The notes below the pieces were generated by a model, which made no database searches, was not told the origin of the DNA, and saw nothing but the letters and a program-made list of their open reading frames with translations. A stretch of DNA of 64,000 nt from the human T2T-CHM13v2.0 reference genome, Homo sapiens: NCBI RefSeq assembly GCF_009914755.1, contig NC_060948.1; one strand, written 5' to 3'. Position 1 is the first letter of the stretch; every line of letters starts with the position of its first letter. The translations under genes were made by a program, and so were the position numbers. This document shows, piece by piece, positions 28,486-42,731 of this stretch.

Positions 28486-31400
28486 TCCAATGGAATAGAA
28501 TCTAATGCAATAAAATCGACTCAAATAGAGTAGAATGTAATGGAATGGAGTGCAGTGCAATGGAATGGAATGGAATGGAATGCAATGGAATGGAATGGAA
28601 TGGAATGGAATGTAATTTAATGGAATGGGATGGAATGGTATGGAATGGATAGTAATGGACTGGAGTGAAATGGACTGGAAAGGAATGGACTCAAATTGAA
28701 AGGGCTCGAAAGGAATGGAGTCAAATGGAATGGTCTGGAATGGAATGAACACGAATGTAATGCAATCCAATAGAATGGAATCGAATGGCATGGAATATAA
28801 AGAAATGGAATCGAAGAGAATGGAAACAAATGGAATGGAATTGAATGGAATGGAATTGAATGGAATGGGAACGAATGGAGTGAAATTGTATGCAGTAGAA
28901 GGGAATAGAATGGAATGCAAGCGAAAGGAAAGGAATGGATTGGAATGGAATGGAATTCATTGGAATGGAAGGGAATGTAGTGTAATGGACAGGTCTGGAA
29001 TAAAGTGGAATGCTACGGTCTCGAATGGAATAAAAATGTATGGAATGGAATGCAATGAAACGGAATCGAATGTCATAGAATGTAATGGAATGCAAAAAAA
29101 TGGAATCCAAAATCATTGACTGGAAAGGCTGGGTGTCGAAAGGAATGGACTTCAATGGAATGGAATCGAATGGAATGGAAGTGAATAGAATCGAACTAAA
29201 TCGAATGGAATGGAATTGATAGGAACGGAATGGAAAGGAATGCAATGATTTGGCATGGAATGGAATCGAATGGCATCGAATGGAATGGAATGGAATGCAA
29301 TGGAATGGAATGTATTAGAATGTAATGAACTTTAATGGAATGTACTCGAATGGATTCGACTGGAATGGAATGTTCTGGAAGTGAATGGACACCAATGGAA
29401 TGGATTCAAAAGGAATGGAATCGTACGGAATGGAATCTAATGGAATGGAATTAAATGGAAATGAATCAAATTGAATAGCACGGAATTGAATTGAATGGAA
29501 TGGAATGCAATGGAATCTAATGAAACGGAAAGGAAAGGAATGGAATGGAATGGAATGGGCTGGAATGGAAAGGAATCGAAACGAATGGAATGGAATCGAA
29601 CTGAAGAGACTGGAATGGAATGCACTGGAATGGAAGGGAGTGTAATGGAAGGTTCTCGAAAAAAATGGAATCGAATGGAATGGAATTGAATGGAACGGAA
29701 TAGAGTCGAATGGAATTGAATGGAATGGAATGGACTAGAGTGAAATGGAATCGAACCACAAGGGATGGACAGGAATACAATGGTCTCGAATTGAATGGAA
29801 TCGTATGGAATGGCATCAAACGGAATGGAATGGACAGCCACGGAATGGAATGCACTCGAATGCAATGGAGTCGAAACTAATGGACTGGAATAGAATGGAC
29901 TCGACTGGTACGGACTCCAATGGAATGGAATCGAATGGAAGGGAATCGAACGGAATGGACTCGAAGGGAAAAGACTGCAATGGAAAGGTCTCGAATGGAA
30001 TGGAAATTAATGGAATGGAATGGAATCGAATGAAATGGAGTCAAAAGGAATGGAATCGAATGGCAAGAAATCGAATGTAATGGAATCGCAAGGAATTGAT
30101 GTGAACGGAACGGAATGGAATGGAATCCAAAGGAATGGAATAGAATGGAATGGAATCGAATGGAAAGGACTCGAATGGAAATCACTCGAATAGAATGCAA
30201 TTTAATAAAATAGGATCAAATGTAATTGAATGGAATGGAAAGGAATCGAAACGAAAGGAATGGAGACAGATGGAATGGAATGGAACAGAGAGCAATGGTA
30301 TAGAATGGAATGGAATCATCTGGAATGGAATTGAATGGAATGGAATAATATGAAATGGAATGGAATGGAATGGAATGGAATGCCCTTGAATTAAATGGAC
30401 TGGAATGGAATGGACTCGAACAGAGTGGAATGGAAAGTGTTGAGATAGAATGGAATGGACTCCTTTGGAATGGTCTAGTATGCAATGCAATCGACTGGCA
30501 GGGAATCAAAAGGAATGTAATGGAATGGACTGGACTGGAATGCAATGGACTCGAATAGATTGGAAACGGAATGCAAAGGAATGGAATGGAATAGTATGGA
30601 ATGGAATGGAAAGGAATGGAGTGGAATAGACTAGAGTGGAATGGAATGGACTGGAAAGCAATGGACTGGAATGGAACTTTCTTGAATGGACTGGAATCAA
30701 ACGGAATGGAATGCAATGCAATCAAATGGCATGGAATAAAATAGAATGAAAGAGAATCAAATGGAATTGAATCGAATGGAATCGAATGGATTGGAAAGGA
30801 ATAGAATGGAATGGAATGGAATGGACTCAAATGGAATGGACTAGAATGGAATGGATTCGAATGGAAGGCAAAGGAATGGAATCTATTGGAATGGACTGTA
30901 ATGGAATGGAATGGAAGGGATTGGAATGGACTCGAATGGAATGGACTGCAATAGAAAGGATTCGAATGGAATGAAAAAGAATTGAATGGAATAGAACAGA
31001 ATGGAATCAAATCGAATGAAATGGAATGGAATAGAAAGGAATGGAATGAAATGGAATGGAAAGGATTCGAATGGAATGCAATCGAATGGAATGGAATCGA
31101 ACGGAATGGAATAAAATGGAAGAAAACTGGCAAGAAATGGAATCGAAATGAATGGAGTGTTATGGAACGGACTCAAAAGGAATTGAATGTAATAGAATGG
31201 AGTGGAGTGGACTCGAATATAATGGACTGGAATGGAATGAAATCACATGGAATGGGAACGAATGGAATGGAATGGAAAGGAATGGAATCGAATGGAAAGG
31301 AATCGAATGGAAGGGAATGAAATTGAATCAACAGGAATGGAAGGGAATAGAATAGACGGTAATGGAATGGACTCGAATAGAATGGACACGAATGCTCAAA

Positions 31401-32049
31401 TTGAATGGACTCGAATGGAATGGAAACGAAAGGAATGTCATCGAATGGAATTGAATCGATTGGAATGAAATCGCACAGAATGGAGTGGAATCAAATGGAA
31501 TTGAATCGAAAGGAAAGGAAGCAAATGGACTGAAATGAAATGGAATGGAATTGAATGGAAAGTTATGTAATGGAATACAATGGAACGAAATTTCACGGAA
31601 TGGAATCAAACTGAATGGAATCAAATCAATGGAATCAAATCAAATGGAATGGAAAGGAATTGAATGGAGTAGATTGGATGGGATGGGATTGGAATGAAAT
31701 GTACTGGAAAGGACTCGAATTTCATGAAACGGAATGGAATGAATTGGAACGGAATGGACTCGAATGGAATGGAATGTCAGGGAATGGCATCAAATGGAAT
31801 GGCATCAAATGGAATGGAATCGAATGCAATGGAATGCTATGGAATGGAATGGAATGCATTGGAATGGAATGTCCTCTAATGGAATGGATTCGAGTGGAAT
31901 GGAATCGAATATAATGGAGTCGAATGAAATGGAATTGAAAGGAATAGGATCGAATACAATGGAATATACTGGAATGTAATTTAATGAACTCGAATGTAAT
32001 TGACTGGAATGGAATGTACATGAATGGAATGTAATCGAATGGAAAGTAA
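28486..32049 (+). repeat. DYZ1 unit 9 (3,564 bp)
   Basis: Anchor spacing; HaeIII site lost. Confidence 0.9.
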
Positions 32050-35000
32050 TCCAATGGAATAGAATCTAATGCAATAAAATCGACTCAGATAGAGTAGAAT
32101 GTAATGGAATGGAGTGCAGTGCAATGGAATGGAATGGAATGGAATGCAATGGAATGGAATGGAATGGAATGGAATGGAATGGAATGGAATGGAATGGTGT
32201 GGAATGGATAGTAATGGACTGGAGTGAAATGGACTGGAAAGGAATGGACTCAAATTGAAAGGGCTCGAAAGGAATGGAATCAAATGGAATGGTCTGGAAT
32301 GGAATGAACACGAATGTAATGCAATCCAATAGAATGGAATCGAATGGCATGGAATATAAAGAAATGGAATCGAAGAGAATGGAAACAAATGGAATGGAAT
32401 TGAGTGGAATGGAATTGAATGGAATGGGAACGAATGGAGTGAAATTGTATGCAGTAGAAGAGAATAGAATGGAATGCAAGCGAAAGGAAAGGAATGGATT
32501 GGAATGGAATGCAATTCATTGGAATGGAAGGGAATGTAGTGTAATGGACAGGCCTGGAATAAAGTGGAATGCTACGGTCTCGAATGGAATAAAAATGTAT
32601 GGAATGGAATGCAATGAAACGGAATCGAATGTCATAGAATGTAATGGAATGCAAAAAAATGGAATCCAAAATCATTGACTGGAAAGGCTGGGTGTCGAAA
32701 GGAATTGACTCCAATGGAATGGAATCGAATGGAATGGAAGTGAATAGAATCGAACTAAATCGAATGGAATGGAATTGATAGGAACGGAATGGAAAGGAAT
32801 GCAATGATTTGGCACGGAATGGAATCGAATGGCATCGAATGGAATGGAATGGAATGCAATGGAATGGAACGTATTAGAATGTAATGAACTTTAATGGAAT
32901 ATACTCGAATGGATTCGACTGGAATGGAATGTTCTGGAAGTGAATGGACTCCAATGGAATGGATTCAAAAGGAATGGAATCGTACGGAATGGAATCTAAT
33001 GGAATGGAATTAAATGGAAATGAATCAAATTGAATAGCATGGAATTGAATTGAATGGAATCGAATGCAATGGAATCTAATGAAACGGAAAGGAAAGGAAT
33101 GGAATGGAATGGAATGGGCTGGAATGGAAAGGAATCGAAACGAATGGAATGGAATCGAACTGAAGAGACTGGAATGGAATGCACTGGAATGGAAGGGAGT
33201 GTAATGGAAGGTTCTCGAAAAAAATGGAATCGAATGGAATGGAATTGAATGGAACGGAATAGAGTCGAATGGAATTGAATGGAATGGAATGGACTAGAGT
33301 GAAATGGAATCGAACCACAAGGAATGGAGAGGAATAGAATGGTCTCGAATTGAATGGAATCGTATGGAATGGCATCAAACGGAATGGAATGGACAGCCAC
33401 GGAATGGAATGCACTCGAATGCAATGGAGTCGAAACTAATGGACTGGAATAGAATGGACTCGACTGGTACGGACTCCAATGGAATGGAATCGAATGGAAG
33501 GGAATCGAACGGAATGGACTCGAAGGGAAAAGACTGCAATGGAAAGGTCTCGAATGGAATGGAAATAAATGGAATGGAATGGAATCGAATGAAATGGAGT
33601 CAAAAGGAATGGAATCGAATGGCAAGAAATCGAATGTAATGGAATCGCAAGGAATTGATGTGAACGGAACGGAATGGAATGGAATCCAAAGGAATGGAAT
33701 AGAATGGAATGGAATCGAATGGAAAGGACTCGAATGGAAATCACTCGAATAGAATGCAATTTAATAAAATAGGACCAAATGTAATGGATTGGAATGGAAA
33801 GGAATCGAAACGAAAGGAATGGAGACAGATGGAATGGAATGGAACAGAGAGCAATGGTATAGAATGGAATGGAATCATCTGGAATGGAATTGAATGGAAT
33901 GGAATAATATGGAATGGAATGGAATGGAATGGAATGGAATGCCCTTGAATTAAATGGACTGGAATGGAATGGACTCGAACAGAGTGGAATGGAAAGTGTT
34001 GAGATAGAATGGAATGGACTCGTTTGGAATGGTCTAGTAGGCAATGCAATCGACTGGCAGGGAATCAAAAGGAATGTAATCGAATGGATTGGACTGGAAT
34101 GCAATGGACTCGAATAGATTGCAAACGGAATGCAAAGGAATGGAATGGAATAGTATGGAATGGAATGGAAAGGAATGGAGTGGAATAGACTAGAGTGGAA
34201 TGGAATGGACTGGAAAGAAATGGACTGGAATGGAACTTTCTTGAATGGACAGGAATCAAACGGAATGGAATGCAATGCAATCAAATGGCATGGAATAAAA
34301 TAGAATGAAAGAGAATCAAATGGAATTGAATCGAATGGAATCGAATGGATTGGAAAGGAATAGAATGGAATGGAATGGAATTGACTCAAATGGAATGGAC
34401 TAGAATGGAATGGATTCGAATGGAAGGCAAACGAATGGAATCTATTGGAATGGACTGTAATGGAATGGAATGGAAGGGATTGGAATGGACTCGAATGGAA
34501 TGGACTGCAATAGAAAGGATTCGAATGGAATGAAAAAGAATTGAATGGAATAGAACAGAATGGAATCAAATCGAATGAAATGGAATGGAATAGAAAGGAA
34601 TGGAATGAAATGGAATGGAAAGGATTCGAATGGAATGCAATCGAATGGAATGGAATCGAACGGAATGGAATAAAATGGAAGAAAACTGGCAAGAAATGGA
34701 ATCGAAATGAATGGAGTGTTATGGAACGGACTCAAAAGGAATTGAATGTAATAGAATGGAGTGGAGTGGACTCGAATATAATGGACTGGAATGGAATGAA
34801 ATCACATGGAATGGGAACGAATGGAATGGAATGGAAAGGAATGGAATCGAATGGAAAGGAATCGAATGGAAGGGAATGAAATTGAATCAACAGGAATGGA
34901 AGGGAATAGAATAGACGGTAATGGAATGGACTCGAATTGAATGGACACGAATGCTCAAATTGAATGGACTCGAATGGAATGGAAACGAAAGGAATGTCAT

Positions 35001-35608
35001 CGAATGGAATTGAATCGATTGGAATGAAATCGCATAGAATGGAGTGGAATCAAATGGAATTGAATCGAAAGGAAAGGAAGCGAATGGACTGAAATGAAAT
35101 GGAATGGAATTGAATGGAAAGTAATGCAATGGAATAGAATGGAACGAAATTTCACGGAATGGAATCAAACTGAATGGAATCAAATCAATGGAATCTAATC
35201 AAATGGAATGGAAAGGAATTGAATGGAGTAGATTGGATTGGATGGGATTGGAATGAAATGTACTGGAAAGGACTCGAATTTCATGAAACGGAATGGAATG
35301 AATTGGAACGGAATGGACTCGAATGGAATGGAATGTCATGGAATGGCATCAAATGGAATGGCATCAAATGGAATGGAATCGAATGCAATGGAATGCTATG
35401 GAATGGAATGGAATGCATTGGAATGGAATGTCCTCTAATGGAATGGATTCGAGTGGAATGGCATCGAATATAATGCAGTCGAATGAAATGGATTTGAAAA
35501 GAATGGGATCGAATACAATGGAATATACTGGAATGTAATGTAATGAACTCGAATGTAATTGACTGGAATGGAATGTACATGAATGGAATGTAATCGAATG
35601 GAAAGTAA
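32050..35608 (+). repeat. DYZ1 unit 10 (3,559 bp)
   Basis: Anchor spacing; EcoRI site lost; variant set resembles units 7/8. Confidence 0.9.
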
Positions 35609-38600
35609 TCCAATGGAATAGAATCTAATGCAATAAAATCGACTCAAATAGAGTAGAATGTAATGGAATGGAGTGCAGTGCAATGGAATGGAATGGAATG
35701 GAATGCAATGGAATGGAATGGAATGGAATGGAAGGTAATTTAATGGAATGGGATGGAATGGTATGGAATGGATAGTAATGGACTGGAGTGAAATGGACTG
35801 GAAAGGAATGGACTCAAATTGAAAGGGCTCGAAAGGAATGGAGTCAAATGGAATGGTCTGGAATGGAATGAACACGAATGTAATGCAATCCAATAGAATG
35901 GAATCGAATGGCATGGAATATAAAGAAATGGAATCGAAGAGAATGGAAACAAATGGAATGGAATTGAATGGAATGGAATTGAATGGAATGGGAACGAATG
36001 GAGTGAAATTGTATGCAGTAGAAGGGAATAGAATGGAATGCAAGCGAAAGGAAAGGAATGGATTGGAATGGAATGGAATTCATTGGAATGGAAGGGAATG
36101 TAGTGTAATGGACAGGTCTGGAATAAAGTGGAATGCTACGGTCTCGAATGGAATAAAAATGTATGGAATGGAATGCAATGAAACGGAATCGAATGTCATA
36201 GAATGTAATGGAATGCAAAAAAATGGAATCCAAAATCATTGACTGGAAAGGCTGGGTGTCGAAAGGAATTGACTCCAATGGAATGGAATCGAATGGAATG
36301 GAAGTGAATAGAATCGAACTAAATCGAATGGAATGGAATTGATAGGAACGGAATGGAAAGGAATGCAATGATTTGGCATGGAATGGAATCGAATGGCATC
36401 GAATGGAATGGAATGGAATGCAATGGAATGGAATGTATTAGAATGTAATGAACTTTAATGGAATGTACTCGAATGGATTCGACTGGAATGGAATGTTCTG
36501 GAAGTGAATGGACACCAATGGAATGGATTCAAAAGGAATGGAATCGTACGGAATGGAATCTAATGGAATGGAATTAAATGGAAATGAATCAAATTGAATA
36601 GCACGGAATTGAATTGAATGGAATGGAATGCAATGGAATCTAATGAAACGGAAAGGAAAGGAATGGAATGGAATGGAATGGGCTGGAATGGAAAGGAATC
36701 GAAACGAATGGAATGGAATCGAACTGAAGAGACTGGAATGGAATGCACTGGAATGGAAGGGAGTGTAATGGAAGGTTCTCGAAAAAAATGGAATCGAATG
36801 GAATGGAATTGAATGGAACGGAATAGAGTCGAATGGAATTGAATGGAATGGAATGGACTAGAGTGAAATGGAATCGAACCACAAGGGATGGACAGGAATA
36901 CAATGGTCTCGAATTGAATGGAATCGTATGGAATGGCATCAAACGGAATGGAATGGACAGCCACGGAATGGAATGCACTCGAATGCAATGGAGTCGAAAC
37001 TAATGGACTGGAATAGAATGGACTCGACTGGTACGGACTCCAATGGAATGGAATCGAATGGAAGGGAATCGAACGGAATGGACTCGAAGGGAAAAGACTG
37101 CAATGGAAAGGTCTCGAATGGAATGGAAATTAATGGAATGGAATGGAATCGAATGAAATGGAGTCAAAAGGAATGGAATCGAATGGCAAGAAATCGAATG
37201 TAATGGAATCGCAAGGAATTGATGTGAACGGAACGGAATGGAATGGAATCCAAAGGAATGGAATAGAATGGAATGGAATCGAATGGAAAGGACTCGAATG
37301 GAAATCACTCGAATAGAATGCAATTTAATAAAATAGGATCAAATGTAATGGAATGGAATGGAAAGGAATCGAAACGAAAGGAATGGAGACAGATGGAATG
37401 GAATGGAACAGAGAGCAATGGTATAGAATGGAATGGAATCATCTGGAATGGAATTGAATGGAATGGAATAATATGAAATGGAATGGAATGGAATGGAATG
37501 GAATGCCCTTGAATTAAATGGACTGGAATGGAATGGACTCGAACAGAGTGGAATGGAAAGTGTTGAGATAGAATGGAATGGACTCCTTTGGAATGGTCTA
37601 GTATGCAATGCAATCGACTGGCAGGGAATCAAAAGGAATGTAATGGAATGGACTGGACTGGAATGCAATGGACTCGAATAGATTGGAAACGGAATGCAAA
37701 GGAATGGAATGGAATAGTATGGAATGGAATGGAAAGGAATGGAGTGGAATAGACTAGAGTGGAATGGAATGGACTGGAAAGCAATGGACTGGAATGGAAC
37801 TTTCTTGAATGGACTGAAATCAAACGGAATGGAATGCAATGCAATCAAATGGCATGGAATAAAATAGAATGAAAGAGAATCAAATGGAATTGAATCGAAT
37901 GGAATCGAATGGATTGGAAAGGAATAGAATGGAATGGAATGGAATTGACTCAAATGGAATGGACTAGAATGGAATGGATTCGAATGGAAGGCAAAGGAAT
38001 GGAATCTATTGGAATGGACTGTAATGGAATGGAATGGAAGGGATTGGAATGGACTCGAATGGAATGGACTGCAATAGAAAGGATTCGAATGGAATGAAAA
38101 AGAATTGAATGGAATAGAACAGAATGGAATCAAATCGAATGAAATGGAATGGAATAGAAAGGAATGGAATGAAATGGAATGGAAAGGATTCGAATGGAAT
38201 GCAATCGAATGGAATGGAATCGAACGGAATGGAATAAAATGGAAGAAAACTGGCAAGAAATGGAATCGAAATGAATGGAGTGTTATGGAACGGACTCAAA
38301 AGGAATTGAATGTAATAGAATGGAGTGGAGTGGACTCGAATATAATGGACTGGAATGGAATGAAATCACATGGAATGGGAACGAATGGAATGGAATGGAA
38401 AGGAATGGAATCGAATGGAAAGGAATCGAATGGAAGGGAATGAAATTGAATCAACAGGAATGGAAGGGAATAGAATAGACGGTAATGGAATGGACTCGAA
38501 TAGAATGGACACGAATGCTCAAATTGAATGGACTCGAATGGAATGGAAACGAAAGGAATGTCATCGAATGGAATTGAATCGATTGGAATGAAATCGCATA

Positions 38601-39172
38601 GAATGGAGTGGAATCAAATGGAATTGAATCGAAAGGAAAGGAAGCAAATGGACTGAAATGAAATGGAATGGAATTGAATGGAAAGTTATGTAATGGAATA
38701 CAATGGAACGACATTTCACGGAATGGAATCAAACTGAATGGAATCAAATCAATGGAATCAAATCAAATGGAATGGAAAGGAATTGAATGGAGTAGATTGG
38801 ATGGGATGGGATTGGAATGAAATGTACTGGAAAGGACTCGAATTTCATGAAACGGAATGGAATGAATTGGAACGGAATGGACTCGAATGGAATGGAATGT
38901 CAGGGAATGGCATCAAATGGAATGGCATCAAATGGAATGGAATCGAATGCAATGGAATGCTATGGAATGGAATGGAATGCATTGGAATGGAATGTCCTCT
39001 AATGGAATGGATTCGAGTGGAATGGAATCGAATATAATGGAGTCGAATGAAATGGAATTGAAAGGAATGGGATCGAATACAATGGAATATACTGGAATGT
39101 AATGTAATGAACTCGAATGTAATTGACTGGAATGGAATGTACATGAATGGAATGTAATCGAATGGAAAGTAA
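35609..39172 (+). repeat. DYZ1 unit 11 (3,564 bp)
   Basis: Anchor spacing; HaeIII site lost; variant set resembles unit 9. Confidence 0.9.
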
Positions 39173-42100
39173 TCCAATGGAATAGAATCTAATGCAATAA
39201 AATCGACTCAGATAGAGTAGAATGTAATGGAATGGAGTGCAGTGCAATGGAATGGAATGGAATGGAATGCAATGGAATGGAATGGAATGGAATGGAATGG
39301 AATTGAATGGGATGGAATGGTATGGAATGGACAGTAATGGACTGGAGTGAAATGGACTGCAAAGGAATGGACTCAAATTGAAAGGGCTCGAAAGGAATGT
39401 AGACAAATGGAATGGTCTGGAATGGAATGAACACGAATGTAATGCAATCCAATAGAATGGAGTCGAATGGCATGGAATATAAAGAAATGGAATCGAAGAG
39501 AATGGAAACAAATGGAATGGAATTGAATGGAATGGAATTGAATGGAATGGGAACGAATGGAGTGAAATTGTATGCAGTAGAAGAGAATAGAATGGAATGC
39601 AAGCGAAAGGAAAAGAATGGATTGGAATGGAATGGAATTCATTGGAATGGAAGGGAATGTAGTGTAATGGACCGGCCTGGAATAAAGTGGAATGCTACGG
39701 TCTCGAATGGAATAAAAATGTATGGAATGGAATGCAATGAAACGGAATCGAATGTCATAGAATGTAATGGAATGCAACAAAATGGAATCCAAAATCATTG
39801 ACTGGAAAGGCTGGGTGTCGAAAGGAATTGACTCCAATGGAATGGAATCGAATGGAATGGAAGTGAATAGAATCGAACTAAATCGAATGGAATGGAATTG
39901 ATAGGAACGGAATGGAAAGGAATGCAATGATTTGGCATGGAATGCAATCGAATGGCATCGAATGGAATGGAATGGAATGCAATGGAATGGAATGTATTAG
40001 AATGTAATGAACTTTAATGGAATGTACTCGAATGGATTCGACTGGAATGGAATGTTCTGGAAGTGAATGGACTCCAATGGAATGGATTCAAAAGGAATGG
40101 AATCGTACGGAATGGAATCTAATGGAATGGAATTAAATGGAAATGAATCAAATTGAATAGCACGGAATTGAATTGAATGGAATGGAATGCAATGGAATCT
40201 AATGAAACGGAAAGGAAAGGAATGGAATGGAATGGAATGGGCTGGAATGGAAAGGAATCGAAGCGAATGGAATGGAATCGAACTGAAGAGACTGGAATGG
40301 AATGCACTGGAATGGAAGGGAGTGTAATGGAAGGTTCTCGAAAAAAATGGAATCGAATGGAATGGAATTGAATGGAACGGAATAGAGTCGAATGGAATTG
40401 AATGGAATGGAATGGACTAGAGTGAAATGGAATCGAACCACAAGGAATGGACAGGAATAGAATGGTCTCGAATTGAATGGAATCGTATGGAATGGCATCA
40501 AACGGAATGGAATGGACAGCCACGGAATGGAACGCACTCGAATGCAATGGAGTCGAAACTAATGGACTGGAATAGAATGGACTCGACTGGTACGGACTCC
40601 AATGGAATGGAATCGAATGGAAGGGAATCGAACGGAATGGACTCGAAGGGAAAAGACTGCAATGGAAAGGTCTCGAATGGAATGGAAATTAATGGAATGG
40701 AATGGAATCGAATGAAATGGAGTCAAAAGGAATGGAATCGAATGGCAAGAAATCGAATGTAATGGAATCGCAAGGAATTGATGTGAACGGAACGGAATGG
40801 AATGGAATCCAAAGGAATGGAATAGAATGGAATGGAATCGAATGGAAAGGACTCGAATGGAAATCACTCGAATAGAATGCAATTTAATAAAATAGGATCA
40901 AATGTAATGGAATGGAATGGAAAGGAATCGAAACGAAAGGAATGGAGACAGATGGAATGGAATGGAACAGAGAGCAATGGTATAGAATGGAATGGAATCA
41001 TCTGGAATGGAATTGAATGGAATGGAATAATATGAAATGGAATGGAATGGAATGGAATGGAATGCCCTTGAATTAAATGGACTGGAATGGAATGGACTCG
41101 AACAGAGTGGAATGGAAAGTGTTGAGATAGAATGGAATGGACTCCTTTGGAATGGTGTAGTATGCAATGCAATCGACTGGCAGGGAATCAAAAGGAATGT
41201 AATGGAATGGACTGGACTGGAATGCAATGGACTCGAATAGATTGGAAACGGAATGCAAAGGAATGGAATGGAATAGTATGGAATGGAATGGAAAGGAATG
41301 GAGTGGAATAGACTAGAGTGGAATGGAATGGACTGGAAAGCAATGGACTGGAATGGAACTTTCTTGAATGGACTGGAATCAAACGGAATGGAATGCAATG
41401 CAATCAAATGGCATGGAATAAAATAGAATGAAAGAGAATGAAATGGAATTGAATCGAATGGAATCGAATGGATTGGAAAGGAATAGAATGGAATGGAATG
41501 GAATTGACTCAAATGGAATGGACTAGAATGGAATGGATTCGAATGGAAGGCAAAGGAATGGAATCTATTGGAATGGACTGTAATGGAATGGAATGGAAGG
41601 GATTGGAATGGACTCGAATGGAATGGACTGCAATAGAAAGGATTCGAATGGAATGAAAAAGAATTGAATGGAATAGAACAGAATGGAATCAAATCGAATG
41701 AAATGGAATGGAATAGAAAGGAATGGAATGAAATGGAATGGAAAGGATTCGAATGGAATGCAATCGAATGGAATGGAATCGAACGGAATGGAATAAAATG
41801 GAAGAAAACTGGCAAGAAATGGAATCGAAAGGAATGGAGTGTTATGGAACGGACTCAAAAGGAATTGTATGTAATAGAATAGAGTGGAGTGGACTCGAAT
41901 ATAATGGACTGGAATGGAATGAAATCACATGGAATGGGAACGAATGGAATGGAATGGAAAGGAATGGAATCGAATGGAAAGGAATCGAATGGAAGGGAAT
42001 GAAATTGAATCAACAGGAATGGAAAGGAATAGAATAGACGGTAATGGAATGGACTCGAATAGAATGGACACGAATGCTCAAATTGAATGGACTCGAATGG

Positions 42101-42731
42101 AATGGAAACGAAAGGAATGTCATCGAATGGAATTGAATCGATTGGAATGAAATCGCAGAGAATGGAGTGGAATCAAATGGAATTGAATCGAAAGGAAAGG
42201 AAGCGAATGGACTGAAATGAAATGGAATGGAATTGAATGGAAAGTAATGCAATGGAATAGAATGGAACGAAATTTCACGGAATGGAATCAAACTGAATGG
42301 AATCAAATCAATGGAATCAAATCAAATGGAATGGAAAGGAATTGAATGGAGTAGATTGGATTGGATGGGATTGGAATGATATGTACTGGAAAGGACTCGA
42401 ATTTCATGAAACGGAATGGAATGAATTGGAAAGGAATGGACTCGAATGGAATGGAATGTCATGGAATGGCATCAAATGGAATGGCATCAAATGGAATGGA
42501 ATCGAATGCAATGGAATGCTATGGAATGGAATGGAATGCATTGGAATGGAATGTCCTCTAATGGAATGGATTCGAGTGGAATGGAATCGAATATAATGGA
42601 GTCGAATGAAATGGAATTGAAAGGAATGGGATCGAATACAATGGAATATACTGGAATGTAATGTAATGAACTCGAATGTAATTGACTGGAATGGAATGTA
42701 CATGAATGGAATGTAATCGAATGGAAAGTAA
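39173..42731 (+). repeat. DYZ1 unit 12 (3,559 bp)
   Basis: Anchor spacing; ACCGGCCT variant at 39,671. Confidence 0.9.

Noticed and set aside
22749-34692. 418-aa minus-strand ORFs in units 7, 8 and 10
   Set aside because: Produced by one SNP (GGATCA>GGACCA, TGA>TGG on -) fusing two artefact ORFs; the start is a non-ATG (TTG) codon; useful only as a haplotype marker.
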